The translations under genes were made by a program, and so were the position numbers. DNA of 64,000 nt. It comes from an uncultured Gemmataceae bacterium. GTDB taxonomy: Bacteria; Planctomycetota; Planctomycetia; Gemmatales; Gemmataceae. Below the pieces are notes generated by a model. It searched no databases, was not told the origin of the DNA, and saw only the letters and a list, made by a program, of their open reading frames with translations. Below, one piece after another: positions 41,622-52,628 of this stretch (position 1 is its first letter; each line of letters opens with the position of its first letter). The stretch is from contig CAVVPN010000004.1 in the NCBI GenBank assembly GCA_963750165.1, forward strand, positions 512,001 to 576,000, written 5' to 3'.

Positions 41622-42005
41622 ATGAATCGCACGTTCGTTGGCGCGGCGATGGTGACGTTGGCGGTGTTCGGCGTCGCCACGGGCGATGAGTTCATTGCCA
41701 TCCTCACCAAGGTGGAGAACGGCCGGGTGACCTTCGTCCGGGCCAAGTTCAACAAAGAGAATAAAAAATTCGAGAAGGGCGAACCGGTGACCCTGCCGCC
41801 AGCCACCAACATCAAGGTGGGTCGGGCCAGGTTCAACAAGGACACCAAGAAAACCGAAATCGGTGACCCCATCGAAGGCGGGTTGAAAAACGAACTATTC
41901 AACACGCTCGGCCCGAACGGGATGCCGGTTCGCATCATCACCGACGACGACAACCGGCGCGTGCTGGCGATCGTGGTAACGGGGAAGAAGAAGTCCAGCA
42001 AATAA
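41622..42005 (+). CDS. Small Lys-rich secreted protein, paralog 2
   Basis: DEFIAILTKVENGRVT...FNKDTKK...GDPIEGGLKN aligns with the preceding gene. Confidence 0.8.
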   Translation: MNRTFVGAAMVTLAVFGVATGDEFIAILTKVENGRVTFVRAKFNKENKKFEKGEPVTLPPATNIKVGRARFNKDTKKTEIGDPIEGGLKNELFNTLGPNGMPVRIITDDDNRRVLAIVVTGKKKSSK

Positions 42006-42164
42006 CGGATTGCGTCCGCCGCAAGCAGCGGTCAAGAAGGGTCGCGGCGTCATCGGCAAATCTTTAATGGTCCACTCATGTTGCGCGGGTAAACTACAAT
42101 CCTGACCCGGTCGGTTGGGCGGTGGATGCAATGGGGTACCGTTCTGCTTCGACAGGGGCCAAGC

Positions 42165-43061
42165 ATGAGCAAATCGCGCTGCTGGCGGTGGGGCCTCGTC
42201 CTCGCCATCCTGGGATGCGCCCAGATCAAGTTCGACGGTTGTGGTTGTCCGCTGGCGCAGGCCAGCCCCCAGGTGAAGGTCCGGGCGGCGGGTGCGAACG
42301 CCCGGGCACAGAAAGAACAGGATGCGCAACAGAGTGGCTGGCACGTCGATGCTCGCGGAACCGCCACCTACACGTGCAAATTCATCGAGGCGTCGGATGC
42401 CGCCGAGACACTTCACAAGTTCCTCGGCTCTGAACTGGAAGAGGACAGGGGCGGATTCCGCAGACCGATCCTCCGCACCCACGAGATCACCGTGGACGAG
42501 GAGCGAAACAGGATCACCATCAATGCTCCGGCGGACAAGATCGCCAGGGCCAAGGAGATCCTCGCCCAGATCGACAAGGGCGGGATCCGGTATCGGGGCG
42601 GCGCCCCGATTCTGCAGCGCATCGAGATCCCAAGCGGCAACGCCGAGGCCCTCGCCAAGGCGTTGCGTGCGGCGTTCAAGCAGTCGCAAACGCTGAACAT
42701 CTCCAACATCGGCCAGAACGCCATCCTGGTCTACGCCCGGCCGGGCGACCAGATTGCCATCGCGCGGTTCCTCGCGGTGCCGAAAACCTCCAACGCAATC
42801 ACGGAATTGATTCCGCTGACGAACCTGAAAGCGGCCCGGATGGCCAACACGCTGAGCAGGATGGGCGACAAGGACGGTGCGTACATCGAGGCGGACACCG
42901 ACCGTAACGCCATCATTTTCCGCGGCACCGCGCGGCAACTCGCCGAGGTCAAGGGGCTGGTTCGGATGTTCCAATCGGACCTCCGCAACAACCTGGGGTT
43001 GATGGATTCCGCACGCTTGCAAACCGAGATAACCGGAGCCGACCGGTCGGCAGGACGGTGA
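42165..43061 (+). CDS. Secretin N-terminal (NolW-like) repeat protein A, no barrel
   Basis: ITVDEERNRITINAP, IEADTDRNAIIFRGT repeats. Confidence 0.75.
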   Translation: MSKSRCWRWGLVLAILGCAQIKFDGCGCPLAQASPQVKVRAAGANARAQKEQDAQQSGWHVDARGTATYTCKFIEASDAAETLHKFLGSELEEDRGGFRRPILRTHEITVDEERNRITINAPADKIARAKEILAQIDKGGIRYRGGAPILQRIEIPSGNAEALAKALRAAFKQSQTLNISNIGQNAILVYARPGDQIAIARFLAVPKTSNAITELIPLTNLKAARMANTLSRMGDKDGAYIEADTDRNAIIFRGTARQLAEVKGLVRMFQSDLRNNLGLMDSARLQTEITGADRSAGR

Positions 43062-43103
43062 ACCATTGAGGTGCCATTCCTTCAATCCGACAGGGGAAAC
43101 GCC

Positions 43104-44408
43104 ATGAGCATCAAGCACTGCTGCTGGGGATGGGGCTTCGCCATCGCCGCCCTGGTATGCCTCCCGGCGACGCCGCCCCGAGCGCTCGCACAGGCCAACC
43201 CCAAGGTCCGGGTTTCCACGGCGAACCCAGGGCCCCAGGAACGCTTCGCCTTTGAATTCCACGACGCGCCGTGGTCGGGCCCGGGCAGCGTGCTGGAGTG
43301 GCTGGTCAAGAAGACCGGGCTGCCGATCATCACCAATGTCAGGCCGCTCGGCACCTTCACCCCGGCCAGGGGCGCGAACGGTAATTTGCAGCGCTACACC
43401 GTTCCCGAGGCCATCGACCTCCTCAACGCGGCGCTGGCGCAACAGCAGCTGATCCTCATCCGCAAATTCGACTCGATCACGCTGCGGGCGACGGACCAGC
43501 CGATTCCCGAGATGGACATCCCGCGCCTGACCGAAGCAGAGTTGCAGCAGCGCGGCAAGACCGAACTGGCTTCGGTCGTCGTCAGGCTCAAGACGCTGGA
43601 CGCCGAGACCTTCGCCAAGGAGGCGAAGGACATGCTTGGTCCCCTGGGCAAGGTTACGTCCCTGCCGTCTGCCAACATACTCATCCTGCGCGACCAGGCG
43701 GGCACGCTGCGCCTGGCCATCAAGATGATCAAGGAGATGGATACCGGCCTCGGGGATACCAGCAGAATTACCCTCACCTACGAGTGCAAGCACATCAAGG
43801 CGGCGGACGCCGCCGAGGCTCTGACCAAGTTCCTGGCCACCGAAAAGGAAGAGATTCATGTCAAGGACAGGGCGGGCAATGTACGGACGTGCGTCCGCAC
43901 CCACACCATCGCCGTCGATGAGGGGCTGAACATGGTCATCATCAGCGGCCCCAACGACAAAATCGCCAAGGCCAAGGAAGTCCTCATGGAGATCGACAAG
44001 GACTGGCGCGGCCTACCGGTGCGCTACTTTCCGTCAGTTCTCCTGCGGGTCGAGGTTCCCGACGGTAACGCGGCGGCGTTCCTCAGTTCCGCCCAGGCGA
44101 TGTTCCAACAACCGGCGCGGCCGCACGTCTACGCCATTGACCGGGACGCCATCCTGGTCCACGGCTACGAAGGAGAAGCGAGCCGGGTCCGTCAGTTCAT
44201 TGGGAACTGGTATCGGCGAACCCCGCTCAGCACGGCCCGGATTCGGCTGACGAACCTGAAGGCCGCCGAGGTGGTAAATCGCCTTGAGAGGAGCAGACTC
44301 CCGCATCTCCAACCAGACACCGAGCGCAACGCCGTTCTCGTACGCGGCACCCTGCAGCAGATCGCTGCGGCCTGGGCGCTCATCAAGATACTCGAAGTTC
44401 TTCCGTAG
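43104..44408 (+). CDS. Secretin N-terminal domain protein B (N0-like + 4 NolW-like), no barrel
   Basis: FAFEFHDAPW...VLEWL...GTFT...DLLNAAL (N0-like); ANILILRD, AVDEGLNMVIISG, PDTERNAVLVRGT. Confidence 0.8.
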   Translation: MSIKHCCWGWGFAIAALVCLPATPPRALAQANPKVRVSTANPGPQERFAFEFHDAPWSGPGSVLEWLVKKTGLPIITNVRPLGTFTPARGANGNLQRYTVPEAIDLLNAALAQQQLILIRKFDSITLRATDQPIPEMDIPRLTEAELQQRGKTELASVVVRLKTLDAETFAKEAKDMLGPLGKVTSLPSANILILRDQAGTLRLAIKMIKEMDTGLGDTSRITLTYECKHIKAADAAEALTKFLATEKEEIHVKDRAGNVRTCVRTHTIAVDEGLNMVIISGPNDKIAKAKEVLMEIDKDWRGLPVRYFPSVLLRVEVPDGNAAAFLSSAQAMFQQPARPHVYAIDRDAILVHGYEGEASRVRQFIGNWYRRTPLSTARIRLTNLKAAEVVNRLERSRLPHLQPDTERNAVLVRGTLQQIAAAWALIKILEVLP

Positions 44409-44432
44409 TGCGGGCCGCCCGCACTACGGAAG
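44400..44432. repeat. GTAG-type REP-like palindrome containing the stop codon of protein B
   Basis: CTTCCGTAGTGCGGGC-c-GCCCGCACTACGGAAG. Confidence 0.8.
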
Positions 44433-44445
44433 CAGGAGAAACGCC

Positions 44446-45357
44446 ATGAGCATCAAGCACCGCTGCTGGGGATACGGTCTCGCCGTCGCCGTTCTGGTGT
44501 GCCTGTCGGCGACGCCGCGTGCGCTCGCGCAGGCCAACCCCAGGGTCCGGATTCCTGCGATGAAGCCCAAGGTCCAGGAACGTTTCGTCTTTGAATTCCG
44601 CGACGCGCCCTGGCACGGGCCGGGCGGCGTGCTGGAGTGGCTGGTCGAAAAGACCAGGCTGCCGGTCATCTCCACGCACAAGCCGACCGGCACCTTCACC
44701 TTCAATCCGCCCAGGGGTGCGAACGGTACCCCCCAGCGCTACACCATTCCCGAAATCATCGACATCCTCAACGAGACACTGGCGAAGCAGGAACGCATCC
44801 TGCTTCGCAAGATCGCATCCATCACAATACTTGCGACCGATCAGCCGCTTCCAGAATCGGGCCTCGAGCGCCTGACGACCGAGGAGGAGTTGGCTGAGCG
44901 CGGCAAGACGGAGTTGGCGTCGATTCGCCTCCGGCTTACATCGCTCGACGCGGAGGCGTTCGCCAGGGAGGCGAAGGACCTGCTGGGTCCTGGGGGCAGG
45001 GTGACGGCACTGCCGAGCACCAACATGCTCATCCTGCGCGGCCGGGTGGGTGCGCTGCGCCTGACGGTCAAGACGATAAAGGAATTCGATGCAGATGCCG
45101 GCCGCGGGCCAACTACTTTCGCTTACAAGTGTGTCTACATCAAGGCGTCTGATGCTGCGGAGAAGCTGACCAGGTTTCTGGTTCCACCCGCCCAGGAGAA
45201 AGAAATCAGCGCGCGCAAGGCAGGCAACCGCGATCCGTGTATCCGCGCGACCAGGGTCACGGTCGATGACCAAATCAACACGCTCATGATCAGCGGTTCG
45301 TCCGGCACGATCTACCGGACCAAGATGCTCCTCGCCCAGATCGACCAGGGCCAGTAA
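44446..45357 (+). CDS. Secretin N-terminal domain protein C (N0-like + 2 NolW-like), no barrel
   Basis: Clear paralog of the N-terminal two thirds of protein B. Confidence 0.8.
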   Translation: MSIKHRCWGYGLAVAVLVCLSATPRALAQANPRVRIPAMKPKVQERFVFEFRDAPWHGPGGVLEWLVEKTRLPVISTHKPTGTFTFNPPRGANGTPQRYTIPEIIDILNETLAKQERILLRKIASITILATDQPLPESGLERLTTEEELAERGKTELASIRLRLTSLDAEAFAREAKDLLGPGGRVTALPSTNMLILRGRVGALRLTVKTIKEFDADAGRGPTTFAYKCVYIKASDAAEKLTRFLVPPAQEKEISARKAGNRDPCIRATRVTVDDQINTLMISGSSGTIYRTKMLLAQIDQGQ

Positions 45358-45384
45358 CCGTCCGCGAACCGGGGCACTCAGTGG

Positions 45385-45678
45385 TCAAGGCCGGTCGGAC
45401 GGTTCGGGGGAGCAGGGCACGGGGGCCGGGGGCCGCAGGACCGTGACGCCGCACTTCTCCAGGAGCCATTTGCACAGCAAGAAACTCGGCAGGCCGCCCG
45501 CCATGAACGCGGCGACCATCACGTAACGGGTCGTCTGGCCGCCCACCCGGAGCACCTCGGGCCACACGGCGAACAGAAAGAGCGGGGCCAGCACGCAAAA
45601 GGCCGCCCCGTTCAGGATAACGATCAGCCAGCCCACCAGGGTCAGGCGTTCCAGCAGTTCTTCGCGGCCGTCGCGCAT
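45385..45678 (-). CDS. Small two-TM membrane protein
   Basis: Two hydrophobic helices. Confidence 0.5.
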   Translation of the reverse strand: MRDGREELLERLTLVGWLIVILNGAAFCVLAPLFLFAVWPEVLRVGGQTTRYVMVAAFMAGGLPSFLLCKWLLEKCGVTVLRPPAPVPCSPEPSDRP

Positions 45679-45781
45679 GGCTACTCGTCCCCCACGACAG
45701 ACAAAGGGTTGTGCAACTCTACGTTGGGTTTCGGGGGAGTCAAGGAACGCCTGGCATCCGCAGCGGTTGTACAATGCCAGC

Positions 45782-46318
45782 ATGATGCCTTTTTGCGACC
45801 GCCTGGTGCCCGACGAACCGCTGCCGTCCTACGCCTTCGTGCCGGGCCGCCACCCGCACCCCGTCTCCGACGCCGCCGGCCACAGCCACGGCCACTCGCC
45901 CCAGCGGCCCGCGCCGCTCGACCCGACCGCCTGGGGCGACAGCGCCGCATACTGCTTCGGGCTGGACCTGTTCAACCACGGCTATTACTGGGAGGCGCAC
46001 GAGCAATGGGAAGGGCTGTGGCACGCCTGCGGGCGGCACGGCGTCACGGCGACGCTGTTGAAGGCGCTGATCCAGCTGGCCGCGGCGGGCGTCAAGGTGC
46101 GCGAGGGCCGGCCGGAGGGCGTGCGCACTCACGCCGCGCGGGCGGCAGAATTGCTGGAGCTGGTGGCGCGGGAGGTGGCGACGGAACGCTATCTGGGGCT
46201 AGCGTTGGCGGACGTGCGACGGCAGGCGCTGACGGTAGCGGAGCGGCCGCCGCAATGCCCGGCAGGGTCGGGAGCGCCGGTCGAGGTGGTGTTTGACTTC
46301 GTGCTGTGGCCAGCGTGA
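45782..46318 (+). CDS. DUF309 domain protein
   Basis: LFNHGYYWEAHEQWEGLW, LIQLAAA. Confidence 0.85.
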   Translation: MMPFCDRLVPDEPLPSYAFVPGRHPHPVSDAAGHSHGHSPQRPAPLDPTAWGDSAAYCFGLDLFNHGYYWEAHEQWEGLWHACGRHGVTATLLKALIQLAAAGVKVREGRPEGVRTHAARAAELLELVAREVATERYLGLALADVRRQALTVAERPPQCPAGSGAPVEVVFDFVLWPA

Positions 46319-46617
46319 TTGCACATGATTGCACATCAGGGCGGTGTACCTTTGAGTTTCCAGCGGGAGCCGGGACCACTTCGCCCGCTGGAATCGACAG
46401 GCCCAGGATCCCGCAGCAGCCGTACATTTGCCTGGGCGGTGCGGCGATTTGTCCTCGGGGGGCAGGTGGAGGATCGTTTTCAACGAGGTTGGGCCGATCT
46501 GCGCGAGAATCTTCAGCAACTGCCGCTGCAAAAACACGAATCCAGACGGTAGTGGTGCAACTCGCCGCGGTCGGTGGTGCAGGGTCGAGTCCCTGGTTCT
46601 GCGGCGCGCCGCGGCGC

Positions 46618-47025
46618 TCACTTCTTCTTGGTGGTCAATTTGAAGTCTTTCGGCGTGTCGTCCTTGATCTCCACGGTCAGGGTGGTTTCTTCATTGTAAT
46701 GGGCAGGGACCGTGTTCACGACCTTTTCCTTGTCGCCGTACGCGGACGACTCACCGGGTTCGAGCGGCACCTTCTTCGTGGGGCCGATGATCTTGACCGT
46801 GTAGGTGCCGGGCCGGATCGCCACAGCATACTTGCCGTCCTTGATGCGCGCCCCCTCGGGGTGCAGGTTCTTGTCTTTTGGCAGGAACGTCAGATCGCCC
46901 TCCGTCAGGGGCACGCCGTCGAGTTCCACGGCGCCGGTCACCGTGTGTTTGACTGGCCCGTCCTTGCCGCACCCCGCCGCGGCGGCGCCCCAGACGCAGA
47001 CGAACAGAACAAGCAGCCGTTTCAT
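46618..47025 (-). CDS. Lipoprotein typical of DUF1559 partner genes (carboxypeptidase-regulatory-like)
   Basis: Lipobox AAG-C; VTGAVELDGVPL...G.Y.V.I...VPAHYN. Confidence 0.8.
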   Translation of the reverse strand: MKRLLVLFVCVWGAAAAGCGKDGPVKHTVTGAVELDGVPLTEGDLTFLPKDKNLHPEGARIKDGKYAVAIRPGTYTVKIIGPTKKVPLEPGESSAYGDKEKVVNTVPAHYNEETTLTVEIKDDTPKDFKLTTKKK

Positions 47026-47068
47026 GGGGGACATTCGCTTTCGTTGTCAGGGGAAAGGAGCGGGACGG

Positions 47069-48040
<972 letters not shown>

Positions 48041-48149
48041 GGCCAACCTCCCGAACGCGGAAGCAAGAGAGCCGACCGGTTGCCGTGGCGAAGACCGCGG
48101 CAGACCGACGGGGAATAAACCCCGGTGCCCACCGATTGTTGCAGTTTTG

Positions 48150-48325
48150 TCAGCTACCCGGAATTCAAGGGCAACGTTGCCTTTGTCGGCACCAGGCATT
48201 TCTGGCGGCCCAAGGAAGTCTCCCCCTCGGGACAGGGCTATCACTGGAACAGCAACGCGGAAACGTATTACCTTATCGGAGCGGCCATGGGTGAAGCGAT
48301 GCTGAAATTGAGACGGGCGAAATGA
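48150..48325 (+). pseudogene. C-terminal remnant of a sialate O-acetylesterase (SASA)-type gene
   Basis: PEFKGNVAFVGTRHFWRPKEVSPSGQGYHWNSNAETYYLIGAAMGEAMLKL with no upstream coding region. Confidence 0.7.
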
Positions 48326-48661
48326 AGACACTGCTCGCTAATCCCCACCGCTCCTGCCACCTTTTTCTTGCTCTGGCGCTCGGCTGCGGGGGAGTGCGCT
48401 CCCCCGACTCCCTCGGCTTTTTGTCCGCAGCAACACGACCCAACGCACCACCCACTTCCGCTCATGTGATCGTATGTATATAGTGACAGGTATTACTCAC
48501 GTTTGAACCATACCCCTTTCCGCGCACTGTCCTGCTTCCAGTTTCACCACAGTTCCGTGCCGCCTCTTGACGAATGTTTATTACAGTGATAAGAATAGAG
48601 TAGTTTGATCGTCTGCCCAGGTGCCGGGCATTCCCGGTGGCTACTCCCCTGAGGTTTGCGC

Positions 48662-49387
48662 ATGACTGCCGTCGTGTCCCGCGCGGAGCAAATCGCCAGT
48701 GCCAATGGACTTCTGGCCGAGGAGACGCCGCAGACCATCCTCCGCTGGGCGGCGGGGTCGTTCGGTTCGCGACTGACCATGGCGACTGCGTTCGGCGCGG
48801 AGGGCTGTGCCATCATCCACATGCTCGCGGAGATTGCCCCGCAGACGCGCATCTTCAACCTGGACACGGGTTACCAGTTCGCCGAGACGTTGGAGTTACG
48901 CGAGCAGATCAAGGAGAAGTACGGCATCGAGGTGGAATACGTGCGGCCGGAGCTGACCGTTGCGGAGTACGAGGTGGAGCACGGCGGCCCGCTGTACGAG
49001 CATCGGCCGGACCAGTGCTGCTACGACCGCAAGGTGCTGCCGCTGCGGCGGGCGGTGGTCGGTTATGACGCCTGGATCAGCTCCATCCGCCGTGACCAGA
49101 CGGAACACCGCGGCCGCGCTGACGTGGTGCAGTGGGACGCGAAATTCAACCTCGTGAAGGTCAATCCGCTGCTCAACTGGTCGCGGAAGGACGTTTGGGG
49201 CTTTATCGTCAAGCATGGGGTGCCGTACAATCCCCTCCACGACCACGGTTACCCGAGCATCGGCTGCTGGCCCTGCACGCAGCCGGTGCGGGACGGCGAA
49301 CCGGAGCGGGCGGGCCGCTGGGCAGGCACAGTCAAGAAGGAGTGCGGCCTGCACGTCGTGGAGCACAGGGATGGCAGCGGTATTTAG
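48662..49387 (+). CDS. cysH: APS/PAPS reductase
   Basis: LDTGYQF, CCYDRKV, YPSIGCWPCT, ECGLH; the Cys pattern suggests the Fe-S APS type. Confidence 0.93.
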   Translation: MTAVVSRAEQIASANGLLAEETPQTILRWAAGSFGSRLTMATAFGAEGCAIIHMLAEIAPQTRIFNLDTGYQFAETLELREQIKEKYGIEVEYVRPELTVAEYEVEHGGPLYEHRPDQCCYDRKVLPLRRAVVGYDAWISSIRRDQTEHRGRADVVQWDAKFNLVKVNPLLNWSRKDVWGFIVKHGVPYNPLHDHGYPSIGCWPCTQPVRDGEPERAGRWAGTVKKECGLHVVEHRDGSGI

Positions 49388-49417
49388 CGTTCGAACCCAC
49401 CGTAACGTCGGGGTGTT

Positions 49418-49854
49418 ATGCGCGTCTCCGCCAAGGCTCAATATGCGTGCATCGCCATGCTGGAGTTGGCCGCCCACCACGGCGACCAACACGCGCTGGT
49501 GCAGGTCAAGACCATCGCCGACACACACGGCATTTCGCAGCGCTTCCTGGTGCAGATCCTGTTGCAGTTGAAGGCCGCGGGCCTGGTGCGCAGCGCCCGC
49601 GGCGCCGCGGGCGGCTACCAGCTGGCACGGCCGCCGGAAACGGTGACGCTGGCGGACGTGATCCACGCCATCGACCAGGCGGAGCCAGCAACACCGTCGG
49701 CGCTGCGGCGCTGCGGCCGTCGCTGGCGGTGCAGGCGGTCGCGTCGGTGCTGCACGAGGTGGACGCCAGGGAGCGGCAGATGCTCCGCGACACCACTCTC
49801 GCCGAACTGGTGCGGCGCTCGGAGCAGTGCGGCAACCTGTCGTATCAGATTTGA
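49418..49854 (+). CDS. Rrf2-family regulator (CymR-like), frameshift near 49700
   Basis: FLVQILLQLKAAGLVRSARGAAGGYQLARPP; C-terminus ...LRDTTLAELV in another frame. Confidence 0.85.
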
Positions 49855-49868
49855 CCGGCTGGCGTGCG

Positions 49869-50468
49869 TCAAGCGCTGGTGACGATCTGTCGCAGAATCC
49901 CCATGATCTTCGGCAGGTTGTCGATGAAGTATTCCGGCAGGTCAATGGTCAACAAATCTCCGCGAAGGCGCAAGAAATTCCAGGTCGCCCCGGTGCTCAC
50001 GACGCCAAAGACGGTTCGATCCGGCGTGCCAGCCTGCTCGTTGCTCACCCGGGCGGCGACCATGGCGGCGATGCACTGTCCGAGTCCAGTGCGGATCAGG
50101 TCGTTTTTCGCCTCCACCACAGCCACGAACGGGGCGCGCAGGATTTTCTGGCTGGGGCCGTGCGTGATCAGGAAATCACAGTAGCCGTTCAAGCCCCGAG
50201 ACGAGTCCACGTCCCATTCTACCCCGGAAAACAGGAAAAAATGCGCCCCCGCGGAGCGGCGCAGTTCCAGTAAGACCGGGGCAATGATGAACTCGGATTT
50301 GGCCTTCTCAGTGCTGTTCGCCAGCGCTAGTTCCACGCCGTCGCGCACGAACGCCGCAATCGCCTCATGCACGGGGAACGGGGCGGTTGCGGCGAACATG
50401 TCGGCGTCCTCGACCTGCAGGCCGAGTTGCTCCTGCACCTCCGGGAAGCTGAAATCACGAAAGGCCAT
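49869..50468 (-). CDS. Hypothetical protein, PD-(D/E)XK-fold-like
   Basis: GLNGYCDFLI...VVEAK...GLGQCIAAMVAA...GVVSTGATWNFL. Confidence 0.7.
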   Translation of the reverse strand: MAFRDFSFPEVQEQLGLQVEDADMFAATAPFPVHEAIAAFVRDGVELALANSTEKAKSEFIIAPVLLELRRSAGAHFFLFSGVEWDVDSSRGLNGYCDFLITHGPSQKILRAPFVAVVEAKNDLIRTGLGQCIAAMVAARVSNEQAGTPDRTVFGVVSTGATWNFLRLRGDLLTIDLPEYFIDNLPKIMGILRQIVTSA

Positions 50469-50567
50469 GTGCGGCGCCTCCCCTTCGTGGGCCAGGTCGG
50501 TTTGACTCGCCCTGAGGAATAACCTACGCTGGGAAGAACTCCCGTCAACGAAAGCTGCTTGATTCCC

Positions 50568-50924
50568 ATGCCCGAGCGCAACCCAGAGCCTGCACACGGA
50601 CGGCCCGAACGCCGCGCCTTCGTGCGCCTGGCCAGTGACCTGGCGGCGACCTGCCACCCGTCCGGCCACAGCGATGCAGTGAGCTGGCCGGGACGGGTGT
50701 GCGACCTCTCCCGTGGCGGTGTCGGGCTGGCGTTGCGGCACCGCTTCCGGCCAGGGACGCGGCTGACGGTCGAGCTGCGCGCCAGCACCGGCGCCTGCCT
50801 GCACACGGTGGGGGTGGTGGTCATCCACGCCCGTGCAGTTATCGTGGACGGCGACCACTGCTGGCTGCTCGGCTGTGCGTTTGACCGGCCGCTCGAAGAC
50901 GAGGAGTCTGCGGCCCTGTTATGA
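50568..50924 (+). CDS. Stand-alone PilZ domain protein
   Basis: ERRAFVR (RxxxR) and DLSRGG. Confidence 0.85.
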   Translation: MPERNPEPAHGRPERRAFVRLASDLAATCHPSGHSDAVSWPGRVCDLSRGGVGLALRHRFRPGTRLTVELRASTGACLHTVGVVVIHARAVIVDGDHCWLLGCAFDRPLEDEESAALL

Positions 50925-51072
50925 GCACTGCGGGCACAACCCGCCACCGGTAGCGAACAGTGGGTGGCCGTGCCGAAATGCGCAAAATCAAGAGGGCTAC
51001 GTCTTGGAAGAGGCTTTTTGTTCAGGTATTCCCGGACTCCCGCCACCCCATCATACCCGCGACGGCGCTCGT

Positions 51073-52467
51073 TCAATACGCATTGCGGTGGAACAGCCCG
51101 TGGAACACGGTCATCCACAAAATCCGCAGGTCCAGCCACGGCGTCCAGTGCGTGATGTAATAGAGATCATACTGCACGCGCTTGCGCAGCGACGTGTTGC
51201 CGCGCCAGCCGTGGACCTGCGCCCAGCCGGTGATGCCCGCCTTGACGCTGTGGCGAGCCATGTAGTTCGGGATGGTGCGGCGGAAGCGCTGGATGAACAC
51301 CGGTCGCTCCGGCCGCGGCCCCACCAGGCTCATGTCGCCCATCAGCACATTGAACAGTTGCGGCAGTTCGTCCAGGCTGGACTTGCGCAGGAACGCTCCG
51401 AGCCACGTCCGCCGCGGATCGTCCTTCTGCGCCGACACCGCCCCCGTCTGGGCCTCGGCATCGACGCGCAGGCTGCGGAACTTGAGCATCTTGAAGGTCC
51501 GCCCGTTCAGGCCGCAGCGCTCCTGAGCGTAGAAGACCGGGCCGCGGCTCGACAGCTTGACCAGCAGTGCGATCAGCAGCAGCAGCGGCGCCAGCAGCGC
51601 CAGGCCGACCAGCGATAGCAAGATGTCCATGAAGCGCTTGACAACGACGTTCAGGCCGAAGTGCGGGCTCTCGCGCAGGCCGATCACCGGCAGGCCGTCC
51701 AGGTTCGTGGTCGTCAGCGATAGGCCGGCCATCTCCGGCACATCGGCGACCAGGCGCACCTCCACCAACGTCTGCGACAACACGTCGAAGACGCGGCGGG
51801 CCTCGTGGTAGCGGCTCAGCGGCAGCGAGATAAAGACGTGGTTGATGTGATACTTTTCGACCAGGGTGGGCAGCTCATCGGTGGTGCCGAGGATGTGCAG
51901 GTCATCGGTCCAGCGCGTTGGCTGATCCTCGACGAAGCCGATGACCTTGATACCCATCCAGCTGGCGTGCCGCAGCGCTCGCGCCGTCTTGCGGGCCACG
52001 CGGCCGGTGCCGACGACCACCGCCAGCGTCTGGTTGTAACCGCGGGAGCGCAACCCACGCAGTCCCCACCAGGTGCAGCGCCGCGCCGTCAGAATGCCCG
52101 TCGCCGCCAGCGCCACGAACAGCACCATCGTGGCGCGCGACTCGTAGGGATCGTGCCGGCTGAACGTGGTGGCAATGACCAGCAGCGCCATCAGGGCCGT
52201 GCCCTTGCAAACGCTGACCACCTCCTCGCGGAAGCGGCGCAGACGGTGGATGACGTACTGGCCGGTAAGTTTATACGCCAGGGCGCTGACGAGCAGCACC
52301 GGCGGCAGGTTGCGCTGGCAGAGGTCGAAGTCGGGCGTGTCCTTCTGGACGGGTAGCCAGCCGGACTCGAAGCGGAGGTAGTACGCCAGCAGCCAGGCGG
52401 CGGCGGTCAGCAGCAGGTCCCAGGTGAGAAACCACACGCACAGGAGTTGTCGGTTGCGATGCATCAT
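51073..52467 (-). CDS. wcaJ: Undecaprenyl-phosphate glucose phosphotransferase
   Basis: KRFMDI, LKFRS, LDELPQLFNVLMGDMSLVGPRPERP, GITGWAQVHG. Confidence 0.9.
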   Translation of the reverse strand: MMHRNRQLLCVWFLTWDLLLTAAAWLLAYYLRFESGWLPVQKDTPDFDLCQRNLPPVLLVSALAYKLTGQYVIHRLRRFREEVVSVCKGTALMALLVIATTFSRHDPYESRATMVLFVALAATGILTARRCTWWGLRGLRSRGYNQTLAVVVGTGRVARKTARALRHASWMGIKVIGFVEDQPTRWTDDLHILGTTDELPTLVEKYHINHVFISLPLSRYHEARRVFDVLSQTLVEVRLVADVPEMAGLSLTTTNLDGLPVIGLRESPHFGLNVVVKRFMDILLSLVGLALLAPLLLLIALLVKLSSRGPVFYAQERCGLNGRTFKMLKFRSLRVDAEAQTGAVSAQKDDPRRTWLGAFLRKSSLDELPQLFNVLMGDMSLVGPRPERPVFIQRFRRTIPNYMARHSVKAGITGWAQVHGWRGNTSLRKRVQYDLYYITHWTPWLDLRILWMTVFHGLFHRNAY

Positions 52468-52628
52468 GACCGGCCCCGTCCGTGGGTGAGTCAGTGACAG
52501 CCGCACTGCCGCGGTCCTGGCTTGTAGCACGCTCGGACGCGGCCTGTCAAGATGGCCCGGACGGGTAGCCGAGGGCGAACGACCGCGGCGCCGCTTTCTC
52601 CCCTTCCTGGTGGGGGAGGGAGAAAGTG

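Noticed and set aside
46316..46610. TGATTGCACA tandem duplication and small ORFs
   Set aside because: No recognisable product or att/tRNA context; probably a remnant
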